This document shows positions 40,101 to 48,533 of a DNA stretch of 64,000 nucleotides, one piece after another (within the stretch, counting starts at the first letter, position 1; every line of letters starts with the position of its first letter). The stretch covers positions 64,757 to 128,756 of the forward strand of contig JBFMAF010000013.1 of assembly GCA_040755995.1 (NCBI GenBank), in the 5' to 3' direction. The notes under the pieces are model-generated. The model did not search any database. It saw only the letters and a list, made by a program, of their open reading frames with translations, and was not told the origin of the DNA. The translations under genes and the position numbers were made by a program. The DNA is from Acidobacteriota bacterium (GTDB taxonomy: Bacteria > Acidobacteriota > CAIWXX01).

Positions 40101-42233
40101 CTACTGCGTGGCCTGCGCCTGCACCAGGCCTCGTTTCATCAGCAGCGGTCCGACGTCGGGCTCGCGTCCACGGAAGCGCTTGTAGAGCGTCATGGCATCC
40201 TCGGTGCCCAGCTTCTCCAGGATGTTCTTTCGGAACGAATCGGCGGTCTTGCGATCGAACAGCGAGGATTCCTTGAACGCCTGGAACGCATCCGAATCGA
40301 GAACACCCGACCAGATGTAGCTGTAGTAGCCCGCCGGATAGCCGCCCATGATGTGGCCGAAGTAGGTCGAGCGATAGCGAGGCAGGATCTCCGGAATGAG
40401 TCCAATGGCTGCCATTGAATTGGCCTCGAACCGCGTGACATTGTGGTCGGCCGCGTTTTCCAATGAGTGCCAGTCCATGTCCAGGAAGCACGCCGCGAGG
40501 TACTCGACGGTCTGGAACCCCTGGTTGAAGAGACTGCTCCTCTTGATCTTGTCGACCAGGGCAGCCGGAATGACCTCGCCGGTCTCGTAGTGCGTGGCGT
40601 AGAGCTTGAGCAGCTCGGGCTCGAGCGCCCAGTTCTCCATGATCTGCGACGGCAGCTCGACCGAATCCTGCGGGGCGAAGTTCGATCGGTAGCTGCCGTT
40701 CGTCACAAGAGTATTGACGGCGTGACCGAACTCATGGAAATAGGTATTGACCTCGTCGATGCTCAGCAGCGACGGGGTACCGGCGGTCGGTTTTGTGAAA
40801 TTGCACACCAGTGTCGCAAACGGGATGACCCGCTTCCCGTTCTCGTAGAACGCCGTACGGAAGGCCCCGGACCACGCGCCGCCGCGCTTGGACTCCCTCG
40901 GAAAGAAGTCGGTGTAGAGCAGGCCGAGCAGACGGCCGTCGGCCTCCTGCACCTCGTACACCTTCACATCAGGATGGTACACGGGTATGTCCTTGCGCTC
41001 GATGAGTTTCAGGCCGTAGAGCTTGTTGGCCAGGGTGAAGACACCCTTCGTGACGTTTTCGAGCCGGAAATACGGGCGCAGCGCCGAATCGTCCAGGTCG
41101 TACTTCTCCTTGCGCACTCTCTCGGCGTAGTACCACCAGTCCCATAATGCCAGCTTGAAGCCGCCGTTCTCGCGGTCGATGATCGCCTGCATCTCGGCAG
41201 CTTCGCCCCTGGCCCTCTCCAAGGCGGGCTTCCACAAGCGCTGGAGCAACGAGTAGACGGTCGCGGGATCTTTGGCCATCCGATCTTCGAGGTAGAACCG
41301 CGCGGGGGTCGGGTAGCCCAGGAGCTTGCAGCGCTCCTCGCGCAACGTCAGGATCTTCTGCAGGAGTGCCTTGTTGTCCCGGTCGTTGTCGCGATCGCCG
41401 CGCATGAAGTAGGCTGTGTAGAGGGCTTCGCGCAGGTCGCGCCTGCCGCAATATTGCAGGAATGGTGTCCAGCTGGGCCGCTGCGCCGAGTAGACCAGCT
41501 TGCCGGGCATGCCCATCGAGCTCGCCGTTTCCTCGCCCGTCGCGATGAGACTCTCCGGAGCCCCGTCGAGGGCACTCTTGTCGTCGATCACGATGTATGA
41601 GTTGTTCGTCTCCGCCAGCAGGTTCTCGCCGAACTTCAGCGTCAGCAAGGACAGGTCCCGGTTGATGTCCCGCATCCTGGCCTTCTGCTTCTCGTCCAGG
41701 AGAGCTCCATTGCGAACGAAGCTGCGGTAGGTGTTTTCCAAGAGATAAAGTTGCTCCTCGGTCAGCTTCAGGGCGGCCCTCTTGTCATAGACCGCCTTGA
41801 CCCTGAGGAACAGCTCCTCGTTCATGGCGATGTTGTCGTTGTGCGCAGAGAGCCTCGGAGCGATCTCCTTTGCAGCCGCCTCCATCTCAGGACTCGTCAG
41901 CGCCTCCAGAAGCCCGTAGAAGGGATTCGTCACGTTGGCAAGGAATCGACCGGACATGTCAAGAGCGACAACGGTGTTCTGGAAGGTCGCCTCCTGCGGG
42001 TCGTTCACGACCGCATCGATCTCGGCCTGCTGAAGCTTGATGCCTTCTTCGACTGCCAGCGAGTAGTGTTCCGTTTTGAGGCGATCGAAGGGCGGCGTCT
42101 GGAAAGGGGTCTTGTATGGAGCGAAGAATGGGTTGTCCTGGAGCTGTGAGCCGGGTGTCTCTCCTGCGCGCAAGACGACCGGAATCAAGACGACCGGAAT
42201 AATAAGAAGAGCGAAGCGGTTTCTACCGAGCAC
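40101..42233 (-). CDS. dcp: M3-family peptidyl-dipeptidase (Dcp-like), secreted.
   Basis: HEFGHAV zincin motif. ~700 aa M3 architecture. Signal peptide. Confidence 0.75.
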   Translation of the reverse strand: MLGRNRFALLIIPVVLIPVVLRAGETPGSQLQDNPFFAPYKTPFQTPPFDRLKTEHYSLAVEEGIKLQQAEIDAVVNDPQEATFQNTVVALDMSGRFLANVTNPFYGLLEALTSPEMEAAAKEIAPRLSAHNDNIAMNEELFLRVKAVYDKRAALKLTEEQLYLLENTYRSFVRNGALLDEKQKARMRDINRDLSLLTLKFGENLLAETNNSYIVIDDKSALDGAPESLIATGEETASSMGMPGKLVYSAQRPSWTPFLQYCGRRDLREALYTAYFMRGDRDNDRDNKALLQKILTLREERCKLLGYPTPARFYLEDRMAKDPATVYSLLQRLWKPALERARGEAAEMQAIIDRENGGFKLALWDWWYYAERVRKEKYDLDDSALRPYFRLENVTKGVFTLANKLYGLKLIERKDIPVYHPDVKVYEVQEADGRLLGLLYTDFFPRESKRGGAWSGAFRTAFYENGKRVIPFATLVCNFTKPTAGTPSLLSIDEVNTYFHEFGHAVNTLVTNGSYRSNFAPQDSVELPSQIMENWALEPELLKLYATHYETGEVIPAALVDKIKRSSLFNQGFQTVEYLAACFLDMDWHSLENAADHNVTRFEANSMAAIGLIPEILPRYRSTYFGHIMGGYPAGYYSYIWSGVLDSDAFQAFKESSLFDRKTADSFRKNILEKLGTEDAMTLYKRFRGREPDVGPLLMKRGLVQAQATQ

Positions 42234-42259
42234 CGTTGAATCCTCCTTTGGGCGCTAAC

Positions 42260-42354
42260 TGGCGGAGGCGGATGGGAATCGAACCCACCCGGCGGCCTTA
42301 AGCCGTCGCACTGGATTTGAAGTCCAGGGGAGCCACCAGACCCCTTTCGCCTCC
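42260..42354 (-). tRNA. selC: Selenocysteine tRNA (tRNA-Sec, anticodon UCA).
   Basis: 95 nt including an encoded CCA. Anticodon loop CUUCAAA with UCA (plus-strand tga at 42318-42320). 6-bp D-stem with a 4-nt loop (GGGGTC/TGGT/GGCTCC), long variable arm, T-loop TTCGATT. The acceptor 3' strand CCGCCTCC pairs over 7-8 bp. Confidence 0.8.
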
Positions 42355-42517
42355 CCGGCGATTATATTCCAAGCCCGCGAACGAAATCCAAACGCGACAC
42401 AATCCCTGTGAGCCCCATCCTTCCCGTACCCGATTCCGTCCCAGCTCGCACCCGGGCACGCGTACCCGCATTCGACCCGGGTCCGCCAGCAGCTCGTGGA
42501 ACTGAGGCGCAGCGCCG

Positions 42518-44290
42518 CTAACTCTTCTTCCCGAACAGGCGTCCGAACAAACCTGCCTTGCCCCCGGCCGGCTGCTGTGGCGGCCCCGGTCGATGGGTGG
42601 GTGGCGAGGGAGGTCGCGGCCGGCCCTGAAGCGGCGCACCGGGTGCTCGCGGTCCCGCGGCTCCGGCAGCAGCGACACGCTCGGGCATCGACGGCGGAGG
42701 TGGAGGCGGCACACCGGGCGGCACCGCGGGTGGCGGCGGAGGCGGCGCGGAACGCGCAACGAATCTGCCAGAGGGCGAGCTCGCCAGCACCTTCAGCTTG
42801 TAATTGCCCAGATCGACATCGTCGCCATCCTTCAGCACCGCCGAGTCTACCTGCGTGCCGTTCACGATCGTACCGTTGGTGCTGTTGAGGTCCTTGATCG
42901 TGTAGGAGAAATCCGACGCACGGGAGATGGTGGCATGATAGCGCGAAACACTTGTGTCTGGAAGGACCAGATCGTTGCCCTGATCCCGCCCGATCTTGGT
43001 CATGTCGCGGAATAGTATGTGCTCGAAGGTAACGTTGTCGAATGTCACGATGAGCTTGTATACGGGCGGGCTGTCCACCTGGACCGTCCTGTCGATCTTC
43101 ATGCCGCTCGACATGCTCTCGGACAACATCTGTGTCGCCGGAACGTCCGGCGGGCGAGCCGCGGTCGACAGCGGCGTCACATCTTCGGGCGCGAGTGGAG
43201 CCGTCTGGCTTGTCCGGTACACCGCAGGTGGAGGCTCGATCGACGGCGCAGCGACGGCGCGCATCTCAGGCGCAGGTGCCTGCACTGGGATAGGAGGTGG
43301 CATCGGCCTGGGAGGCGCTTCCACCCGCTCAGGCTGAACCTGTTCTCGCATCGGCATCGCCTCCCATGGCGCCGGCACGGGCGGCGGAGGTGGCGGCAGG
43401 CCCGCGGGCCCTTCCGCCAGCGCGCCGGTAGCCTCGACCTGAGCAGGCATCGGCGCTTCAAGCACGGTCGCCGACACGGGCCCTTCGGGTACCTCCCCGA
43501 CTTCCTCCGGAGGCGTTTCCAGGCGGGGCGTCTCAACTGCTTCCTTCAGCTCGACGGGGACCTCAGCCTCGCTGACTGCCTCGGCACTCAAGGCCGCCGC
43601 CGGAATCGGTGCCTCAACCACCTCGACCTCCGGCCCCGTCACCTCCGCGGCGCGCGGCTCGACCACGGCCTCGGGCTCCGCTGGCGGAGGCGCGGGTGGA
43701 GGCGGCATCGCCTCTGGCGCAGCGGCAGCCGGGGGTCCTTCCGGCACCGTCACCTCCGCTGCGGCTGGCTCCTGCGGTGGCGCCGGACTGGCGGATTCGG
43801 CGGCCACCGGTGGAGGCGCTGCCACCTCGGCCTCCGCAACCTCTGCCACCGCGGGCTCGGCCTCCCTTGCGGCCTCCGGGGGCTCGACGGCAGCCAGCGC
43901 CGCCTCAGGCGCGGGGGGCGGCACAGCCGGGGGAGCCGCGTAGAACGCGGGAGGCTTCACGGCAGCCAGCGTATCTGCGCCGGGCGCAGCCACCGGGGGC
44001 GCCGCCGGGCCCTCCGACGGCAGCGCACGTCCAAGCGAGACAGACCGCGCAGCCGCTTCCGCGGGTCGAACCTCCAGCGGTGTCGCATCGGAGGCCCACT
44101 GCTCACCTTCAGCCTCGATCTCCAGGATGATATCCCCTATCTGCCAGCGGTCGCCTGGTTTCAGCGGGATCCGGGCTTCGTTGCCGAATTGCCAGGACCC
44201 GGCGGTCCGATCGACCGTGAGTCTGAACTCGTGATCTCCCGCGCGTACTCGAAGTTTGGCCATAATATTAATTCCCCGTACGAGACCCAT
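42518..44290 (-). CDS. FHA-domain protein with extensive Pro/Ala-rich low-complexity linkers.
   Basis: FHA signature GRDQGNDLVLPDTSVSRYHATI...NSTNGTIVNG. Long PPPP/PAPE tracts. Start may be the ATG at 44263. Confidence 0.6.
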   Translation of the reverse strand: MGLVRGINIMAKLRVRAGDHEFRLTVDRTAGSWQFGNEARIPLKPGDRWQIGDIILEIEAEGEQWASDATPLEVRPAEAAARSVSLGRALPSEGPAAPPVAAPGADTLAAVKPPAFYAAPPAVPPPAPEAALAAVEPPEAAREAEPAVAEVAEAEVAAPPPVAAESASPAPPQEPAAAEVTVPEGPPAAAAPEAMPPPPAPPPAEPEAVVEPRAAEVTGPEVEVVEAPIPAAALSAEAVSEAEVPVELKEAVETPRLETPPEEVGEVPEGPVSATVLEAPMPAQVEATGALAEGPAGLPPPPPPVPAPWEAMPMREQVQPERVEAPPRPMPPPIPVQAPAPEMRAVAAPSIEPPPAVYRTSQTAPLAPEDVTPLSTAARPPDVPATQMLSESMSSGMKIDRTVQVDSPPVYKLIVTFDNVTFEHILFRDMTKIGRDQGNDLVLPDTSVSRYHATISRASDFSYTIKDLNSTNGTIVNGTQVDSAVLKDGDDVDLGNYKLKVLASSPSGRFVARSAPPPPPPAVPPGVPPPPPPSMPERVAAAGAAGPRAPGAPLQGRPRPPSPPTHRPGPPQQPAGGKAGLFGRLFGKKS

Positions 44291-45500
44291 TGGGGTCCCG
44301 CAGATGATCGGAAATCAGCTTCGAAAGGATCTCGACGCCTCTCGTGAGGCTGTTCGGAGCCTCCTTGGAGTAGGCGAGGCGCAGCGTGTTCTGTCCGCCT
44401 CCATCGACGTGGAACGGCGCCCCGACCACATACGCGACGCCCCGATCCACACTCTCCGGCAGCATGGCCTCGGAGTCCAGTCCCGAGGGCAGGCGTGCCC
44501 AACAGAAGAAGCCTCCTGAGGGCTCGGTCCACGTCACACCGGCCGGCATGTGCCTGCGCAGGGCATCGACCATGACATTCCTACGCTCGTAGTAAAAGCG
44601 CCGGATTTTCGGCACGTGTCTCGCCAGGTGGCCGTCCTTGCAGTAGGCCAGGACGATCGCCTGGTCCATTGTCGAGCTGCAGATGTCGGCTGCTTCCTTG
44701 GCGATCTCGATCGTGCGCACGATCGCCGGGTCCGCACACATCCAGGCCGCCCGGAAGCCGGGCGCCAGGATCTTGCTGAAGCTGCTCAGGTAGATGACCC
44801 GCCCGTCCTCGTCAAGGGACTTCATCGTGGGCTGCTCGACCGAGTCGCCGAAAAACAGCTCGTAGTACGGGTCATCCTCTATGATGAGGAAATCGTGCCT
44901 GGCAGCCAGCCGCAGGATTTCGCGTCGCTTGGAAGTCGAGATAGATATGCCGGAGGGGTTCTGGAAGTTGGGGATGGTGTAGAGCAGCTTCACGCGGCGC
45001 CCCTGGGCCTTCAGCCGCGCTACGGTCGCGTCGAGCTCGTCGGTCACGATTCCGTCATCGGCCTGGCTGACGCCGACCAGGTCGGCTCCGGCGTTGCGCA
45101 GCGCCGTGGTACCTCCGATGTAACTCGGGAGCTCCACGACGGCGACATCACCCGGGTCGAGGAAAACCTCGCCCACCAGGCGTAGCGCCTGCTGGCTGCC
45201 GCTGGTCATGATGATGTTCTCGGAGCTGGCTGTAACCCCGCGCGTAGCCATGAATTCCGCGAGCCATACAGCGAGCTCGCGGATGCCGCCGGTGAGTCCG
45301 TATTGAAACGCAGCGGGCCCGCGCCTCGCATACACCTGATCGAACAGCTCGCGGATGATGTCCATTGGAAAGGTTTCGGTGCTGGGCATCCCGCCGGCCA
45401 AGGAGATGATCCCGGGCTTGTCGATCAGGTGCACCATCTTGCGTATGGCGGAAGGTTTCAGGCGTCGAGCGCCATCAGAGTAGAAGTCTGACATATTCAT
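44268..45500 (-). CDS. PLP-dependent aminotransferase (class I/II; MocR/AadAT-like). Candidate methionine-salvage transaminase given the adjacent mtnP.
   Basis: SSFSKILAPGFR lysine motif. Overall fold-I aminotransferase pattern. Confidence 0.65.
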   Translation of the reverse strand: MNMSDFYSDGARRLKPSAIRKMVHLIDKPGIISLAGGMPSTETFPMDIIRELFDQVYARRGPAAFQYGLTGGIRELAVWLAEFMATRGVTASSENIIMTSGSQQALRLVGEVFLDPGDVAVVELPSYIGGTTALRNAGADLVGVSQADDGIVTDELDATVARLKAQGRRVKLLYTIPNFQNPSGISISTSKRREILRLAARHDFLIIEDDPYYELFFGDSVEQPTMKSLDEDGRVIYLSSFSKILAPGFRAAWMCADPAIVRTIEIAKEAADICSSTMDQAIVLAYCKDGHLARHVPKIRRFYYERRNVMVDALRRHMPAGVTWTEPSGGFFCWARLPSGLDSEAMLPESVDRGVAYVVGAPFHVDGGGQNTLRLAYSKEAPNSLTRGVEILSKLISDHLRDPNGSRTGN

Positions 45501-45667
45501 GAGAGCCAGTCCCGCACGCAATAATCGGCACCAACAACCTAAACTCAGATACGCAGTTTGTCAATTCACTTCTGAATGACGCGTGAGCCGCATCACACGG
45601 GCAACAGATGCGGCGCCGGGCTCGATCGGCGGGGGTCGTCCCGGGGGAAAGGAGCTTCCGGAGCGGA

Positions 45668-46534
45668 TCAGTACTGCACGTGCTTGTCGATCAGCAACCG
45701 GAGGTTCTCCTTGGTCCGGGGGTTCATCTTGTCGGGCGCCGTGAAGATGGCACCTTTCAGGGCGCTGGTGCAGTGGCAGGCTCTCTCAGGGCCGATGCGA
45801 GACATGGCATGGCGGATGAGCTTCTTGGCGTTCTCGGCGTTCTTCATCAAGTAGGCCACGATTGTTTCCACCGTCACGTTCTCCTCTTCCTCGTGCCAGC
45901 AGTCGTAATCGGTGACGAGCGCGATGGTCGAGTAGCAGATCTCGGCCTCGCGCGCCAGCTTGGCCTCGGTAAGATTCGTCATACCTATTACGTCGACACC
46001 CCACTGCCGGTAGAGCATCGATTCGGCGAGCGATGAGAAGGCCGGGCCTTCCATGCAGAGATAGGTCCCTTTCGGGTGCGTCGTCAGCCCCAGTGACCTG
46101 CCTGTTTCTACCAGGGCCTTGCTCAGGTCCGGGCACACGGGTTCGGCGAAGCTGATGTGCCCGACGATGCCGTCGCCGAAGAAGGAAGCCTGGCGCCTGG
46201 TCGTGCGATCCAGGAACTGGTCAGGGATCACGAAGTCGAGAGGTTTGATCGTCTCTTTCATGCTCCCGACGGCCCCGCATGAGATGATCCGTTCGACGCC
46301 CAGCTTCTTGAACCCGTAGATGTTCGCGCGGTATGGGATCTCGGTCGGCATGAACACGTGACCGATCCCGTGACGCGCGAGAAACGCGGCACGCCTGCCC
46401 TCGATCGTACCGATGACATATGGCGCGGACGGCCTCCCGAACGGCGTATCCATCTCGACTTTCTCTACGTCGAGTAGCCCCTCCATCTCCTGAATGCCGC
46501 TGCCGCCGATGATCCCGATTTGTGCAGATGTCAT
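45668..46534 (-). CDS. mtnP: S-methyl-5'-thioadenosine phosphorylase.
   Basis: IGIIGGSG N-terminus. PNP/MTAP family motifs. GGGAGGAG RBS. Confidence 0.75.
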   Translation of the reverse strand: MTSAQIGIIGGSGIQEMEGLLDVEKVEMDTPFGRPSAPYVIGTIEGRRAAFLARHGIGHVFMPTEIPYRANIYGFKKLGVERIISCGAVGSMKETIKPLDFVIPDQFLDRTTRRQASFFGDGIVGHISFAEPVCPDLSKALVETGRSLGLTTHPKGTYLCMEGPAFSSLAESMLYRQWGVDVIGMTNLTEAKLAREAEICYSTIALVTDYDCWHEEEENVTVETIVAYLMKNAENAKKLIRHAMSRIGPERACHCTSALKGAIFTAPDKMNPRTKENLRLLIDKHVQY

Positions 46535-46599
46535 GTCTCTCCTCCCGCGTGAACCCCAAAAGAGGCGAATACATAGCACAGCGCCGCTTGCACGGTCAA

Positions 46600-46746
46600 A
46601 CTCGGCGATCGATCCGGGTTGCTCTGGCCCGGGCTCTTCTTCTCAGTGCAGAGGTGCTCGTCCTTGACGAAGCGAGGACGGATGTGGACAGCCGCACAGA
46701 GGAGGCGATGATGGCCGGTATCCGCACGTTCTCCATCTTGGCGTGA
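46600..46746 (+). pseudogene. Truncated, inverted duplicate of the C-terminal (Walker-B region) coding segment of the ABC exporter gene at 48534-50438.
   Basis: Translation RVALARALLLSAEVLVLDEARTDVDSRTEEAMMAGI matches RVALARALLLDAEVLVLDEATNDVDSRTEEAMMAGI. ~85% nucleotide identity to the reverse complement of ~48700-48860. Confidence 0.6.
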
Positions 46747-46837
46747 TCGAGGACAGCCGGATGCAGCCGTGACGAAGCAGGATCTCGATCCTCGGTTTTC
46801 GCCGCGGCAGGTCCCGCGGTATCGGAGACGGTGGCCC

Positions 46838-47311
46838 TCAGGTCCTCAGGTGTTGGATGCCACGCTTCTCGGCGAATTCGCTTAGCGCTGTGTAGTGTTG
46901 CCTGTCCGAGACGCCCAGTGAATCAAGGAGGCGAGCGAACTCCTCGTTCGCCTCTTTCATTGCCGTCCTGTAGTGGAACTCCGCGGCGCTGTGCTCGAAG
47001 TCGAAGGCCATCGCTACGGCTTCCTGCAACGACGGCCGGCTCGAGCATGATCGGGCCTCTTCGACCTTCTCAGCGGCGCGTCGAATAACCTCCAGGTCCA
47101 CAGAGACCTCTCCAAAAAGGCCAGGATCCTGCGATACTACGCGCCGCTGGTACTCAATGAGGGCCGCATGCGCCTTCTCCTCTGTTGCGAGACGGTAGAA
47201 CAGAAAGCGTGCTCCCGGGTCATCAGCGAACTGCTCGGCGAGCCCTTCATAGAGGCAGCTCAGCTCCTCTTCGAACCGGGCCAGGGGCGTGAATACCAGC
47301 TGAATGTCCAT
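46838..47311 (-). CDS. Ferritin-like/rubrerythrin-like domain protein.
   Basis: Helical, with E..H-type pairs. AAAGGAG RBS. Confidence 0.4.
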   Translation of the reverse strand: MDIQLVFTPLARFEEELSCLYEGLAEQFADDPGARFLFYRLATEEKAHAALIEYQRRVVSQDPGLFGEVSVDLEVIRRAAEKVEEARSCSSRPSLQEAVAMAFDFEHSAAEFHYRTAMKEANEEFARLLDSLGVSDRQHYTALSEFAEKRGIQHLRT

Positions 47312-47469
47312 AGCCGCTCCTTTCCTGTAAGCACATTCTCTTTTATCACATGCGCGATGGACATGCCACGGAAGCGACTGCCCCGGCCCCGGCATTTCGC
47401 ATCCATATCATCAACATCGCCCATCGGGACAACACATAGGAGAACCGGCTCAGCGCCGCTTCTCCCAAG

Positions 47470-47498
47470 TTGACCCGGGCCACGACGTGACCTATAAT
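47470..47498 (+). promoter_or_regulatory. Sigma70-like promoter (TTGACC, 17 nt, TATAAT) with a CGTGAC/GTCACG inverted repeat straddling the -10. Promoter/operator of the second vapBC.
   Basis: Read directly. Confidence 0.55.
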
Positions 47499-47517
47499 GT
47501 GTCACGGAGAATGGCAC

Positions 47518-48012
47518 ATGGTGGAAATATCGACTCGAGAGCTCAAGGCCAACCTGGCGAAATATCTGAAGTTGGTAATGCGGGGAAGGCGCGTGCGTGT
47601 GCTGAATCACGGGCACGCCGTCGCCGATATCGTTCCATCATCAAAGACCACTCCGACCGTGAGATTCTACGCGGTCACCAACGGTGTTGTCGAGGAATCG
47701 ACAATACACAGCACGGAAGTTGACTGGCACAACGTGCTGCTCATTCAAGCAGTGTCTGAGACGGAAGCTCTCAAGATCGAACGGGATTTCGGCGAAGGAA
47801 AGATCCGACCAGCCGAACGGTACTGCCGCCGGTGCTTGACGACGCATCGCTTTCTGACGAGGCAAGCGCAGCCCACCACTTCTTCGATACAGATGGTCGG
47901 GGGAACCAGGATCACGCTATCTAACAAACGGTTCCAACTCCCGGATCCTGTGACGCCGAGAGGGGATGGCCCTACAGCGGCGCGGATGATAGTTGAGGGC
48001 CGGAGCAGATGA
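47518..48012 (+). CDS. Phd/YefM-type antitoxin with an unusually long C-terminal extension (165 aa).
   Basis: N-terminus MVEISTRELKANLAKYLKLVMRGRRVRVLNHGHAVADIVP. Its stop overlaps the vapC start (ATGA). Confidence 0.55.
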   Translation: MVEISTRELKANLAKYLKLVMRGRRVRVLNHGHAVADIVPSSKTTPTVRFYAVTNGVVEESTIHSTEVDWHNVLLIQAVSETEALKIERDFGEGKIRPAERYCRRCLTTHRFLTRQAQPTTSSIQMVGGTRITLSNKRFQLPDPVTPRGDGPTAARMIVEGRSR

Positions 48013-48476
48013 ACCTCTACCTGGACAGTTCGGCGTTCGTGAAACTCTTCCTCACCGAGGAGTTCTCGGAGGAGGTACGGGAGGCCACTGTGCAAGCGAC
48101 TCGCCTCTGCACATCACGTCTGGCCTGGCCTGAAACGGTGTCGGCATTCGCGCGCATGTGTCGTGAAGACAGAATCACTCAGTATGAGTTCTTTCGGCTC
48201 ATGGACTGCCTGGGCAGCCGCTGGCAGGAGATCAACGCTGTGGTTGAGGTTGACGCTAATCTCCTGAGTGACACACCGCTCCTGATGCTGGCGCACCCGC
48301 TGAGGGCCCACGACGCCATCCATCTGGCGAGCGCGAAAGCATTCGCAAAGATCGTGGATGATGATCTGCGCTTCGCAGCTTACGACGAGGCTCTGGCCAG
48401 AGCAGCACATGCGTCCGGGTTCGACGTGCTATCCGATCCAAGATGGAAACTGTTTGGGGGAACTCACTCGGTTTAG
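48009..48476 (+). CDS. vapC: PIN-domain toxin VapC.
   Basis: MNLYLDSSAFVKLF...D PIN signature. Confidence 0.7.
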   Translation: MNLYLDSSAFVKLFLTEEFSEEVREATVQATRLCTSRLAWPETVSAFARMCREDRITQYEFFRLMDCLGSRWQEINAVVEVDANLLSDTPLLMLAHPLRAHDAIHLASAKAFAKIVDDDLRFAAYDEALARAAHASGFDVLSDPRWKLFGGTHSV

Positions 48477-48533
48477 GACCGATAGTGGGTCTGGGGCTCC
48501 GCCCCAGTACGGGGCTGGTGCGCCTGACAAGAT

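Noticed and set aside
42260-42354. Alternative isotype (Ser/Leu/Tyr) for the long-arm tRNA.
   Set aside because: The anticodon triplet in a canonical 7-nt loop is UCA, and the 6-bp D-stem with 4-nt loop is Sec-specific rather than class II Ser/Leu.
43300-44000. Periodic proline-rich DNA repeats as a possible CRISPR-like or minisatellite array.
   Set aside because: They are in-frame coding low complexity within the FHA protein. There are no spacer-repeat regularity or cas genes.
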